A stretch of 64,000 nt of DNA from Enterococcus phage VRE9_2: the sequence record PP680568.1; one strand, written 5' to 3'. The position numbers and the translations under genes are program-made. Shown in pieces: positions 39,254 to 49,553 of this stretch. The number at the start of each line of letters is the position of its first letter. The first letter of the stretch is position 1. Under the pieces are notes generated by a model. The model was not told the origin of the DNA, made no database searches, and was given only the letters and a program-made list of their open reading frames with translations.

Positions 39254-40369
39254 ATGGAAGGATTTAAAAAACACACTTTTCGTGACCATCAAGGGAATAT
39301 TATACTTCCTGAAACAGTCTCAGAAATGGTAAGAGAAACGCCAGATAGACGTTTTGTAGATAATTCTGAAAAACAAATTTTAACTAGATTCGGTGGTAAA
39401 ATTGATATCGTCGACATGTTGATTACTAATGCAGAAGCTATTAGAGCATTGGCTACTCAAGAAGTTGCCTTAACTCAATTAATTGATAAAGTGCCAAATA
39501 ATTTCGAGGACATTGTTTTAACTACAGATGAACTATCACGTTTAGTTCCTTATATTTCACAATTAATTGAAAACTTAAGTTATCCACCAGTTGTAACTTC
39601 TACAACTTCAGGTTTATCTTACGCTTTACAAATTGATGATACAGATCCAAATAATTTAAAACTTAAATTTGCACAACAATCTATTAACACAGGTCAACCG
39701 TTAACTTATGTTAAGGGAGATAAATGGAAAGTACAACCAGGAGTTCCAGATGTATTAGTTGAATTAGTACCAACTCATATAGCTTTTGATAATTCCAGAA
39801 AAACTGTTTTAGTCTTTAACGAAGGTAAAAATTTGGTGGACGTACCAGAAGATGTATTTACAAATATAGTTAATGGTGTTCAAGAAGAAACTGTTGTTGC
39901 AGAAGATGATAATATTCCACAAGCATTTGTACGATTTGCAGTTCGTCATCAATTGCAGGAATTATTCGCTACTTCTAAAAGTTTAGAAAATACTATTTCA
40001 AACTTTACCATTGAAGTATTATCTCAACCAATGGAAGGTACAACAAGTGCATTAACGCAAGCTTATATGAACGGCAATGTAGTACAACCAGTGCGAGAAG
40101 CAAATAAAAAAGAAGATTATACTGCTAATACTTTCCAAAATATTACATGGACAAATAGTTTAGACACTAACTTTATTAGAGAATGGTTAAATGATTCTGG
40201 TGAAGCAGCATTAGTCACTTACGGAAAAGCTAATAATTCTATTAGTATCGCAAAACCAACATTAAAAGTTTATATTAAAAATCCATATATTGGAAAAACA
40301 TTAGTTGCTCAAAATGATATGGATGGTAAATTTAATATCTTAGATTGGGCTATTAGTGAAGAAGAATAA
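39254..40369 (+). CDS. Hypothetical structural-like protein (371 aa)
   Basis: Likely start is the ATG at 39254 (MEGFKKH) after AAAGGAGGAAAAGG. The tracker ORF from 39197 lacks an RBS. Confidence 0.4.
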   Translation: MEGFKKHTFRDHQGNIILPETVSEMVRETPDRRFVDNSEKQILTRFGGKIDIVDMLITNAEAIRALATQEVALTQLIDKVPNNFEDIVLTTDELSRLVPYISQLIENLSYPPVVTSTTSGLSYALQIDDTDPNNLKLKFAQQSINTGQPLTYVKGDKWKVQPGVPDVLVELVPTHIAFDNSRKTVLVFNEGKNLVDVPEDVFTNIVNGVQEETVVAEDDNIPQAFVRFAVRHQLQELFATSKSLENTISNFTIEVLSQPMEGTTSALTQAYMNGNVVQPVREANKKEDYTANTFQNITWTNSLDTNFIREWLNDSGEAALVTYGKANNSISIAKPTLKVYIKNPYIGKTLVAQNDMDGKFNILDWAISEEE

Positions 40370-40394
40370 AGGAGAAAAAGGAGGAAAGAACTAA

Positions 40395-42593
40395 ATGGCT
40401 ATTTATTATAATATTTTATATCCACCATTAGTTCCTATTACGCATCCTGCCTTTGAATTAGGAAAACCAACTGACACGTTTAGACTTTTTTTTGAACCAG
40501 CAGTTGGTAATAAAATTTCTGATTTTAAAGGAGGATTTATTAGAATCAGAAATGCTGAGACAGAAAAAAGTGCGCTATTACCAGTTGGAGAAGGATACCT
40601 AGATGATTTTATTCCTTTTAGAAATCCATTTGCTGAATATATTGATTTAAAAGATCCTTCAAAAAATATAATTCAGCCAACTGGATATAATACTACAATG
40701 CCTTATGTACAAAAAAATACTAATGGAGAATATTTCATTGATATAAAACAAGAAGCTTTTACTATGTCTGGCGCAGAAAAAGATGTTAGATATAAAATGC
40801 AAATTATGTTAACAACAGACTGGCTTTCTTCTACTAAGCCAAATGGAAGAGGAAATATTCAAACTTATTCTAGTGATGTGCAACAATATGTAAATATTGA
40901 TAAAACAACATACTTTGGAGGAAATTTAATTTCTAAGGGATTGTCTGAGTGGTCTACTATTTCTTTAATTTCTCCTGTAAGTGAAGCAATCTATGAATTG
41001 CAATTTGATGGAGATAATATTTTCTCACCAATATTTGAGTTTGTTGGTTCTAATATCCAAGAAAATATTAGAAATAATACAATGGCTAATTATCTTAAGG
41101 CTTATAGAATTGATATTTATAGAGCTAATGGAGACGAAAAAGAACTCTTTATTGATTCAAGTGATTGGATTATCGGTCAAGAGCCTTCTAATATTGAAAT
41201 CAGATGGCAAAATGTAGTAGAATTAGAAGATAAGAATAAGTATATAGTTGAATTATCAATACAAACTGCCTGGGACTTAAGAAAAACATTTACTTACCAT
41301 GTTACAACACAATTTGAAGGAAGCTTATTTAGAGGTACAGTTAGTGTTGAAAACGATCATGATAATGCTCGTTCTAAAATCAAACTAAATATAAAAACAC
41401 CTCTACAATGGGGACCAAAGGAAAACTTTGAAATTTCTCTTAACGATAGAGAATTTGCTGACGCAACTGGAGAAGTATCTGTGCTTGAAGGGATAGACTT
41501 CTTTAATAAACAAGCTGCTATAGCAGGGGAAATGATAGTTTCTGGAATTAACCCAATAAAAACTTGGGAGGCAAAAGAAGACCGGTGGTTCTTCAGGCTC
41601 AAGGGACCAGAAATTTCTACAATAAATCCCTATCAAGAAGAATATCTAATGTATGCTCATACTGCTCCTCTTGGGAAAGATAAGGCTTCTGAAGGTCCAT
41701 ATGAAGACGATATTATTATTAATCCTGTTATTGAAAGTCCATCAGGAGATATATATCTAACTTACCTAGATAGTTCTAAAACTCCTACAACAGAAGGAGG
41801 AATTGTTGGGGGCATGGGAGGTATTGTTACTATTCCAAGCGAAGATTTACCAAGTTCGCATACTTTCTTCTATTTAGAAGACGAAAATCAACAATTATGG
41901 AAAACAACTGTTACAATTAATGGAGAATTCGTTACAGAACAATCTCATGAAAAAGATCCAACAGAATTTTTAAAACCCGTTTGTTTCTTTGATTCCTATC
42001 ATAATATTTTAGTGGTCCCAAGAGTAGAGACAGATGGAACCATTATCCTTGATACAATTTATGAAAACTATGTATTGGGAGAAAATGTTCGTCCGATGTA
42101 TCTTAATGAGTTTAGATTTGTTAAACGAGTTTACGCTCTTGAGCTTGGAAGAAAAACTCTATTAACTACACAAACTTACAAGGCTTACATGAATGATTTT
42201 AATAAGAAATTAAATAAGTGGGTTAAAATACAACCAACAAGAAAATATTACATGTATTTCTCTTGTATTGATGGACAGATAAGATTAATAGTACGAGACC
42301 TATCTGCTGATGATAGTCAAAATAGTTTAGATAGATTTACACTAACTTATTCTGAAGGATTTATGAATAGTGTAGGAATAAGTTCCGATATGTTCTTAAC
42401 GACAACTGGTTTAGGTTCAGATTTCCTACCAAAAGTGGATTTAAGTGGTAAGGAAGTTCCTTATACAATTACAGCAGATGAACGAGGAGTCTTAGGAACG
42501 GACGTTGGAAACATCTCTGCTGCAACAACACGTTCGAGAGATTTATTAACCAGTGACATTGAAGAATTAAAGAGTAAAGGAGAAATAGAATAA
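40395..42593 (+). CDS. Hypothetical large beta-rich protein (732 aa), probable virion/baseplate component
   Basis: RBS AAAGGAGG. Aromatic-rich composition typical of tail proteins. Confidence 0.35.
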   Translation: MAIYYNILYPPLVPITHPAFELGKPTDTFRLFFEPAVGNKISDFKGGFIRIRNAETEKSALLPVGEGYLDDFIPFRNPFAEYIDLKDPSKNIIQPTGYNTTMPYVQKNTNGEYFIDIKQEAFTMSGAEKDVRYKMQIMLTTDWLSSTKPNGRGNIQTYSSDVQQYVNIDKTTYFGGNLISKGLSEWSTISLISPVSEAIYELQFDGDNIFSPIFEFVGSNIQENIRNNTMANYLKAYRIDIYRANGDEKELFIDSSDWIIGQEPSNIEIRWQNVVELEDKNKYIVELSIQTAWDLRKTFTYHVTTQFEGSLFRGTVSVENDHDNARSKIKLNIKTPLQWGPKENFEISLNDREFADATGEVSVLEGIDFFNKQAAIAGEMIVSGINPIKTWEAKEDRWFFRLKGPEISTINPYQEEYLMYAHTAPLGKDKASEGPYEDDIIINPVIESPSGDIYLTYLDSSKTPTTEGGIVGGMGGIVTIPSEDLPSSHTFFYLEDENQQLWKTTVTINGEFVTEQSHEKDPTEFLKPVCFFDSYHNILVVPRVETDGTIILDTIYENYVLGENVRPMYLNEFRFVKRVYALELGRKTLLTTQTYKAYMNDFNKKLNKWVKIQPTRKYYMYFSCIDGQIRLIVRDLSADDSQNSLDRFTLTYSEGFMNSVGISSDMFLTTTGLGSDFLPKVDLSGKEVPYTITADERGVLGTDVGNISAATTRSRDLLTSDIEELKSKGEIE

Positions 42594-43186
42594 TGGATAA
42601 AGTAGACTTAAAAATACAAGTACCCAGACGATTAGAAATTGATCCTCCAGCTAATGTGGGACCTTCTAAATTCCCTAGTGTTGTAGATCAATTAAAAGTA
42701 ATTGAATATTCAAGTGTCCCTTCTGGCGGACAATTAGAAAAAGATTTACATGATTATTATGCTATCTTAGCGAATGTATCAAATAATACAGCGTCAGAGC
42801 AAGACTTTGTAAAACTTAAAGAGTTAATGTTAAGGGTTCGTAATTATGTTTTAACAGAAGATGATTTCAATCTAATGGCTGATGCTGTTAGAACTACACA
42901 ATCTTATTTAAAGGCATCAATTGAAGCCGCAGATGGCAACTACGAACTAATTTCAATCGTTGCTCAACAACTAGTAGACCAAATTAATGAATGGAGTCTA
43001 TGGCTTCAAGATGAACTAGCAAAAGTAGCAGCTAATAAAAATTGGGGTGCGCCAGTAATTTACAGTGAAAATAGTCCAGGCCCTTCTGCTCTTGGATATT
43101 TATGGGCTCAACCACAAGACGATACCTACATTGCTCCGGCAATCACTTTTAACCCTGATGAAGACTTAAATGATTATCCACAATAA
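42593..43186 (+). CDS. Hypothetical protein (197 aa)
   Basis: Start overlaps the upstream stop (coupled). Confidence 0.35.
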   Translation: MDKVDLKIQVPRRLEIDPPANVGPSKFPSVVDQLKVIEYSSVPSGGQLEKDLHDYYAILANVSNNTASEQDFVKLKELMLRVRNYVLTEDDFNLMADAVRTTQSYLKASIEAADGNYELISIVAQQLVDQINEWSLWLQDELAKVAANKNWGAPVIYSENSPGPSALGYLWAQPQDDTYIAPAITFNPDEDLNDYPQ

Positions 43187-43200
43187 GGAGGTAGATATAA

Positions 43201-45054
43201 ATGGCAGTACCATTTGCTTCGTTTAAAGAATATGGTAATGACGACTTACAACTATACTATCCCTTATTAATGACTTCTCCAGCTATTCCACAGGCTGGAG
43301 ATAGTTATCTTTCTGATATAGCTTTAAGAGATATTTCAATTAAATCTATATATATGGAAGGTGGTCATATGGAACCTAATTTAGATTGGGATGGTAGTCG
43401 TTATGATTGGGCTTCTGGAGTTACAGAAATACAGTCAGATTTTGTTGATGCAGGAGGAGAATCTCCAACAGGCAATTTTAACTTATTAAAGAATACAGCT
43501 TTGTCAACTTTCCAAAGTACTTATTGGACTTCAGTTTTTGAAAAACCTTATGTAGAGGGCTCTGATGATATTGAACAACCTTATAATTGGATTTATTCTA
43601 ATTCTGAACCTTCTGACCATAGTAAAATTTGGGTTGATACAAAGGAAGAAACTATAGAACCTAAATATTATCAAGATGGCTGGAAAAATTATTATGATTT
43701 TAAACAAGAAGAGTTTAAGGGTGAGGTTGGATTAGTAGAAAATAAAAGAAATGGAAATGCCTTTAGAATTTATAAAGCTCCTAAAATTAATGCTAACGTA
43801 GGTATTGCTCAGTTTGTGCCATTAAAAATAGTTTTATGGCAAGGAGATGCTATCACAGTTGGCTTTAATCTTAGTGAAAAAACCGATTCAGGTGGAGCAG
43901 TAATTCGTATAGAATTCTATGATAATAATAGACAGTTAATTCAAACAAAATATTCTCCTAGATTCTTTAATAAAACTGAAGAAAGTAAACATTTTGGACA
44001 TCCTTTTATTTTTACGGATCGAACAAAAGCGGCAGCTTTTATTAGAGTTTCTATTCTTGGAGTAGAAGACCGAAAAAGTGAATTACAAGTAAATAGAATT
44101 AAAGCAGAAACAGGTATGGAAGATACAGGATGGAATTTACACGAAGAAGAATTATTGTTAAATCTTAATGCAGGAGAAATAGATATTCCAATGCTTAATG
44201 GAGAAGTTGATAAATCTAAATTAATTTCTGAAATTGCAATATTGCGTTCTGTTTTGGGAGAAGGATTATTAAAATGGGAAGAAGTAACTAGACTAAAATC
44301 TAGTTCAGTACAAGAAGCGATTTTGTATGATTATTTTATAGAAAATGGTAATTATTATCGCTATGCTTTGCAACCTATATTAGCAAATGGAATGAAAGGT
44401 GCTATTACATCATTTTTTGATACTGTAACTACTTTTGATGGTTTCTGGTTGTTAGGAGAAAAAGATGAACAATTCTCATTTATTTACAATGGTAAAATTG
44501 GAGAAATTTCCTATGTAAAACCTAGAGATGTTATTCAAACTATTGCAGGACAATATCCATATTTTGTAACCTCTTCTGAATTAGATTATAGAACATATCA
44601 ATTTTCTGGTACATTAACTTATCATCAAGATGTTCACAAATTACTTACTTCTGATAGTTATTCTGTAGCGATATCTCCAGATCCAACTATTCCTATTAGT
44701 TATGTAGAACTAAAATATGGAGATGAAATGTTACTCAATATGAAGAATGATTTAGAAGAAGTACAAGATGGCATGGTAATGCAAAGAATTTGGAGAAATA
44801 AAATTCTAGCATGGTTAAATGATGGAAAACCTAAAATTCTTAAATCAGAAGCTCAAGGAAATATGTTAGTAATGTTAACAAATATTAAGGTTACCCCAAA
44901 TGAACCAACATTTGGTTTAATTTCTGATTTTGAATGTACTGTTACCGAAATTGGAAAACTTGATGAAAAAGCATTACAAAAATATAAACTTCGTAAATCT
45001 TCTATTATGAAAGATGAACTTGTAAAAGAAGCTATGAAAAATACTTCATTCTAA
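43201..45054 (+). CDS. Hypothetical large protein (617 aa), probable virion/baseplate component
   Basis: RBS AAGGAGG. Beta-rich. Confidence 0.35.
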   Translation: MAVPFASFKEYGNDDLQLYYPLLMTSPAIPQAGDSYLSDIALRDISIKSIYMEGGHMEPNLDWDGSRYDWASGVTEIQSDFVDAGGESPTGNFNLLKNTALSTFQSTYWTSVFEKPYVEGSDDIEQPYNWIYSNSEPSDHSKIWVDTKEETIEPKYYQDGWKNYYDFKQEEFKGEVGLVENKRNGNAFRIYKAPKINANVGIAQFVPLKIVLWQGDAITVGFNLSEKTDSGGAVIRIEFYDNNRQLIQTKYSPRFFNKTEESKHFGHPFIFTDRTKAAAFIRVSILGVEDRKSELQVNRIKAETGMEDTGWNLHEEELLLNLNAGEIDIPMLNGEVDKSKLISEIAILRSVLGEGLLKWEEVTRLKSSSVQEAILYDYFIENGNYYRYALQPILANGMKGAITSFFDTVTTFDGFWLLGEKDEQFSFIYNGKIGEISYVKPRDVIQTIAGQYPYFVTSSELDYRTYQFSGTLTYHQDVHKLLTSDSYSVAISPDPTIPISYVELKYGDEMLLNMKNDLEEVQDGMVMQRIWRNKILAWLNDGKPKILKSEAQGNMLVMLTNIKVTPNEPTFGLISDFECTVTEIGKLDEKALQKYKLRKSSIMKDELVKEAMKNTSF

Positions 45055-45060
45055 TGAAGA

Positions 45061-45105
45061 ATCAAACTGGGGAACTTGTAATAGTACCCAGTTTGATTTT
45101 TTTAT
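45061..45105 (+). terminator. Rho-independent terminator
   Basis: 11-bp stem ATCAAACTGGG/CCCAGTTTGAT followed by T6. Confidence 0.65.
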
Positions 45106-45150
45106 ATAAAAAAGAGAAACTTACATACCAAGAGCAAAGGAGAGAAACTA

Positions 45151-47916
45151 ATGAATGAAAATATTAATATTAAGCAGTACCCTACTTCTTTTTTAGAAGA
45201 GCTTTTCGAGCATAATATTAGAGTAGTGCATACTAAGATACAGTTACTTAATTGGGACGAACAAGTTTTAAGAGAAATACAAGGTATTGTAAAAAGTGGA
45301 AGTTATAATGCTGATGGAACAAGTCGAGTAAGAAGAAATCTATCTCTAACTTTTAGTGTAAAAGATAGAGACGATGAATTGGTCTATAAATATCTAACTC
45401 CAGATAAAAAAATAAAATTATATATAGGATTGGAAAATCAAACTTCTCGTTATCAAGAAGATGAAATTATATGGTTTAATATGGGAATTTTTATTTTAAC
45501 CGAACCATCTTATTCTCATTCTGTTGACACAGCGACTATATCAATTAATGCACAAGATAAAATGACTATGCTAAATGGTACATTAGGAGGTCGCCTTCCA
45601 GCCCCAGTAAGTTTTGTAGAAAAAAGAAATGGCAAGAACTATTCCTTCTCTTGGAGAGATATTTTCTTAAGTGCAGCAGTAAATTTTGGGAATGAGAATC
45701 CAGCAAAGGTTATTATTGATTCTGTTCCAGATTATATAAATGAATATACGCAAGTAAAAAATGTAGCTGGATTAAAAGATAAATTTATTCATATTAATGC
45801 TCCTGCAGATATAGATGGAGAAAGAATTATTACTAGAGCTTGGAGTCCAACAGTTCCAGAAACAGAAATTAATTTTTCAAAGGGTGATAGAATCTATAAA
45901 TTGCGCAGATTTGGTCCACCTGATCCATCAGCAGGAACGGTAAGTACTCAAGAATCTTATCAAAAGAATGTAAATGAACCATTAACCTCTATTTTTGAAG
46001 ATATTGTAGAAGCTATGAGTAATACTCATGAATATTTTTATACTCGTGATGGAGATTTAATGTTTCAACCTATTAAGAATTATGTTAACGAGGTATTTGA
46101 CCCTGAAAAAGATACAGATTTAGGATATTTCGCTTATGAATTAGATATGGATGATTTTATTCCTAATTATCTAGGTCTTCCTTTTACCTATAATTTTGCC
46201 GATAAAAAAACTATTATTAGATATAACAACAATCCTAGTTATACAAATATCAAAAATGATTTTATAGCAACTAGAGAAACAGGAGAAATTTTAGAAATAG
46301 CAATAGATCATAAACCAACAATTAGAGAGATCAAGGAATGGTTTATTGGAGTTGCAGAAGATTTTAATATGGATTCTCCAGAAATGGATTTTTTAGCAAA
46401 AGATGGAAAAAGAAGAGAGCCATATAATCCTCAAACTAATACAGTTCCCTTTGAATTTAAAGAAGCCACAGCAGGAAAACCAACACAATATGTTGAAGTT
46501 CCATTAGATAAAATTCCATGGCAAATTGGTTTGGGACTTAAAAATTATTTTATTAGAAATATTTATGGTGCTTCTACTGCAAGAGTTCTCCCTAGATGGG
46601 GAAAAGAATGTGAATCTATGATTTTTAAATGGATTGCATCTGAAGATAAAAAAACTTTGTTGCCAAACACTGGAATTTTTAATCCATCTTTTATTTCTGT
46701 CGGAACTCCGTGGTTAGCAGGTTATCCTATGGCTGCAAGCGCAAACACAGAAAACGATGTTGAATCTTTAGATAAACAGAATCCTATTTTTACTGATAAG
46801 GGTGATTCGGCTTATTGGACTTACTTTCTTGATATTATACCAACAGAATCTAAATTGGGCAAATATTCTATTGAGTTAATTGGTAAACGTTCAATTGGTG
46901 TTTCTAATAAACAGGCAACTACCCTTTTTAGAACAAACCCTAAAGAATTAATTGTTATTACAGAAACAGAATTACAAGATTTAGGCGGAGATATGATATT
47001 AGATAATTTAAAAGCACAAGGAGAAGCTTATGCAGTAATTAGAGATATACAAGATCAATTTTTTATGCCAACAGCAATAACAAAAAATAAAAATGTTATG
47101 CCTTATAGTGCTATGGTTGGAGACCCAGGACGGTTTGAACAATTACGATATATGTTTGCAGAAAGCAATGGAACAGTTCACGAATATCTAGTTGGTGGTA
47201 AACATACTGGTACTATTGGGACAAATAAGAATATGCAAGACCAAGATAAGCCTGGATATGTTACAATTTCTGCTGGTGTATATACTAATCCAGTTACAAA
47301 AAGACAATTTACACAAACAGATTTTGCAACCATAAATACTCCTTTTGGTAGTGAAACAGATTTAACAGAATATGGTTTTATTGCTTATTTATTAAATAAA
47401 AACAGTCGTTGTCCTGACAGTGGAAATCATAATTATTTTGCTGTAGTTAAAAATATAGGTACTCAATGGTACTATGCTAAACAAAATAATGGAAAACCTG
47501 CATGGACTAAATTTAATTGGGATAAAACTAATGACTTTTTGGTAGCAGTATTAAGTAAAACTGTTTATAAAGGGAGCGCAGATTTTCCTGATTGGTCAAG
47601 TGGCAGAATTGACGATTTTCAAGAATTATTTAATATTAGAGATTCTGAAATGGATAATTTATTTACTATTGATGGAGCAGTTGATTTATTTTCTTCTGTC
47701 AGGAATTTAATTTATCAGCATACAAATACTTCAGATGTAGTAACAATAGATGTATTACCAGTTTATCATTTAGAACCAAATACATTAATTTATGCAGAAG
47801 ATGAAATCTCAAATATATCAGGAATGTTTATGATAACAGGATATTCTATACAATTAAACACAGAAGGAAGTCCAACAATGAATATTTCTGCAATACAAAC
47901 AAATCCAGCTATATAA
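45151..47916 (+). CDS. Tal-like baseplate hub / minor structural protein (921 aa)
   Basis: N-terminal ~150 aa resemble the 'phage minor structural protein N-terminal region' / tail-associated-lysin hub pattern (ELVYKYLTPDKKIKLYIGLEN ... WFNMGIFILTEP ... ISINAQDKMTMLNGTLGG). Called by eye only. Confidence 0.4.
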   Translation: MNENINIKQYPTSFLEELFEHNIRVVHTKIQLLNWDEQVLREIQGIVKSGSYNADGTSRVRRNLSLTFSVKDRDDELVYKYLTPDKKIKLYIGLENQTSRYQEDEIIWFNMGIFILTEPSYSHSVDTATISINAQDKMTMLNGTLGGRLPAPVSFVEKRNGKNYSFSWRDIFLSAAVNFGNENPAKVIIDSVPDYINEYTQVKNVAGLKDKFIHINAPADIDGERIITRAWSPTVPETEINFSKGDRIYKLRRFGPPDPSAGTVSTQESYQKNVNEPLTSIFEDIVEAMSNTHEYFYTRDGDLMFQPIKNYVNEVFDPEKDTDLGYFAYELDMDDFIPNYLGLPFTYNFADKKTIIRYNNNPSYTNIKNDFIATRETGEILEIAIDHKPTIREIKEWFIGVAEDFNMDSPEMDFLAKDGKRREPYNPQTNTVPFEFKEATAGKPTQYVEVPLDKIPWQIGLGLKNYFIRNIYGASTARVLPRWGKECESMIFKWIASEDKKTLLPNTGIFNPSFISVGTPWLAGYPMAASANTENDVESLDKQNPIFTDKGDSAYWTYFLDIIPTESKLGKYSIELIGKRSIGVSNKQATTLFRTNPKELIVITETELQDLGGDMILDNLKAQGEAYAVIRDIQDQFFMPTAITKNKNVMPYSAMVGDPGRFEQLRYMFAESNGTVHEYLVGGKHTGTIGTNKNMQDQDKPGYVTISAGVYTNPVTKRQFTQTDFATINTPFGSETDLTEYGFIAYLLNKNSRCPDSGNHNYFAVVKNIGTQWYYAKQNNGKPAWTKFNWDKTNDFLVAVLSKTVYKGSADFPDWSSGRIDDFQELFNIRDSEMDNLFTIDGAVDLFSSVRNLIYQHTNTSDVVTIDVLPVYHLEPNTLIYAEDEISNISGMFMITGYSIQLNTEGSPTMNISAIQTNPAI

Positions 47917-47944
47917 AAAAAGAGACCATATAGGTCTCTTTTTA
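47914..47944. terminator. Bidirectional rho-independent terminator at the convergence of the two arms
   Basis: A7 - AGAGACC ATATA GGTCTCT - T5. Overlaps the stop codons of both flanking convergent genes. Confidence 0.75.
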
Positions 47945-48427
47945 GTTCCAATTAATTTCTTGGTGTGAAGCATAATAGCCAATCATAATTGCATCGGCTT
48001 CGTCTTGTGTTGCAGTAATATCAAATATTTCTAACACTTTAGCTTGAGCATTTCTTTTTTGTTCTATTCTATTTTTACCTTTAATCTTAGCAAACCCCTT
48101 CCATTGAGAAGCATATATAAAATCAAAATGAATTTCTGGATGAGCTTCTAAAACTCCAACAGCAAGAACACCTTGTAATTGGGCTAATTGTTTAAAAGTA
48201 GTTTTATTTTGTTGCATTTGAATATCTTCAAACATTATTTTTATTTCTTCTTTAGGATATTTTTCTTTAGTATATTCAATTAAGGCTAATACATTTGCTT
48301 TCTGTTTTGAATATCTTGAAAAATCGTCTCCTTCAGCAGAAAATTTTCCATAGGCAATTAATTCTTGATTCTTATAAACAGAATAACCTGTTACAACTGT
48401 TGCTTGGTCTAAACCTATAAAAATCAT
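47942..48427 (-). CDS. RuvC-like Holliday junction resolvase
   Basis: N-terminal MIFIGLDQATVVTGYSV is the RuvC motif I, with acidic residues spaced as in phage RuvC-like resolvases. 161 aa. Confidence 0.7.
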   Translation of the reverse strand: MIFIGLDQATVVTGYSVYKNQELIAYGKFSAEGDDFSRYSKQKANVLALIEYTKEKYPKEEIKIMFEDIQMQQNKTTFKQLAQLQGVLAVGVLEAHPEIHFDFIYASQWKGFAKIKGKNRIEQKRNAQAKVLEIFDITATQDEADAIMIGYYASHQEINWN

Positions 48428-48487
48428 ATTAAAACACCTCCCTACTAATAAGTAGCAAAGAGGTGAGACATGTTGTCTTTTTTTGTC

Positions 48488-48751
48488 CTATATAAGAGAT
48501 GTATCAATTAAAAACGTGAAGGATGTTCCAGTCGCTCTATAAAAAAGAATATCTTTTTTTACATGTTGTAAAGATTCTTCATTTAGATTCAGAGGATTTG
48601 TTTTCCAGAAAGTTTCTAATCTAAATTTTTGAGCTTTTTTAGGTTCATCTGCTACTTCTCTTTTATAAGTTTTAAATGCTTCGTCTTCGTTACGAGCAAA
48701 GATAGCAGCAGAATAAGGGTTTTCTTCTACACTAAAAATAAATACATTCAT
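48488..48751 (-). CDS. Hypothetical 87-aa protein
   Basis: ORF in the replication arm. No recognisable motif. Confidence 0.35.
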   Translation of the reverse strand: MNVFIFSVEENPYSAAIFARNEDEAFKTYKREVADEPKKAQKFRLETFWKTNPLNLNEESLQHVKKDILFYRATGTSFTFLIDTSLI

Positions 48752-48753
48752 AA

Positions 48754-49551
48754 TTATTTTACCCCCGTACTTCCGTGCCCACCAAGACGTTCTCCTTGAG
48801 CATTATCGTCGTCTACTAACAAGAATTTTGAAAATACTCCTTGTCCAATACGTTCTCCTTTTTTAATATAGATGGTTTCAGGACCAAAATTTAGAAATTG
48901 GAACATGATATGACCATCATTATCAGGGTTGCTATAGTAGTCACCGTCAATAACTCCCACACCATTTGTTAAAACTAAGAAACGTTTTAATGGGTTTGAG
49001 GAACGATTGAATAAAGCTAAATATTCATCTGGTTCCATATAAGCTTTTACTCCTGTTGGAACTAAAACTGGTTTAAATTGCTTACTTAAAGTTTTAATTT
49101 CTGAAATAGCTTCATCACTTAATAGCTCTTTTAAAATTTCATTATTTTGATTTTCTAAATTTAGAGTATTAAATAATGCTGTATAAGAAGCAGGATCTGA
49201 TGCTAATTCTTCTAAATCAATGCCTTTGTCTTTTAAAAGTTGAGTAATCTTACTAAGGAAATCTGTAACTTTAGAGAATAATTCTAAAGACTCAACTTCT
49301 GTTAAATGTTCCATAACTTCACTAATCGAATTTGGATCTTGTAAATCAATATTAAAACCAAATAAATCTTTAGAAAGAATACTTGAAATTGATTTTTTGT
49401 GAATTTCTTTAATATCCCAAACCGAAGGAATTACAATATCATCTGATGCTTCAAAATCATATCCTGCTGCACGAGCAGTTGCTCGAACAGGCAGGTTAAT
49501 ATTTTTATCTTCAAAACCTTTTGCTACTTCAAATCCACGTACTTTTGTCAT
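48754..49551 (-). CDS. dut: dUTPase (trimeric type) with a large insertion between motifs I and II
   Basis: Motif I AAGYDF, motif II NRSS, motif III GVIDGDYY, motif IV GERIGQGVF, motif V RLGGHGSTG. 265 aa versus ~150-170 typical. Confidence 0.75.
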   Translation of the reverse strand: MTKVRGFEVAKGFEDKNINLPVRATARAAGYDFEASDDIVIPSVWDIKEIHKKSISSILSKDLFGFNIDLQDPNSISEVMEHLTEVESLELFSKVTDFLSKITQLLKDKGIDLEELASDPASYTALFNTLNLENQNNEILKELLSDEAISEIKTLSKQFKPVLVPTGVKAYMEPDEYLALFNRSSNPLKRFLVLTNGVGVIDGDYYSNPDNDGHIMFQFLNFGPETIYIKKGERIGQGVFSKFLLVDDDNAQGERLGGHGSTGVK

Positions 49552-49553
49552 AA

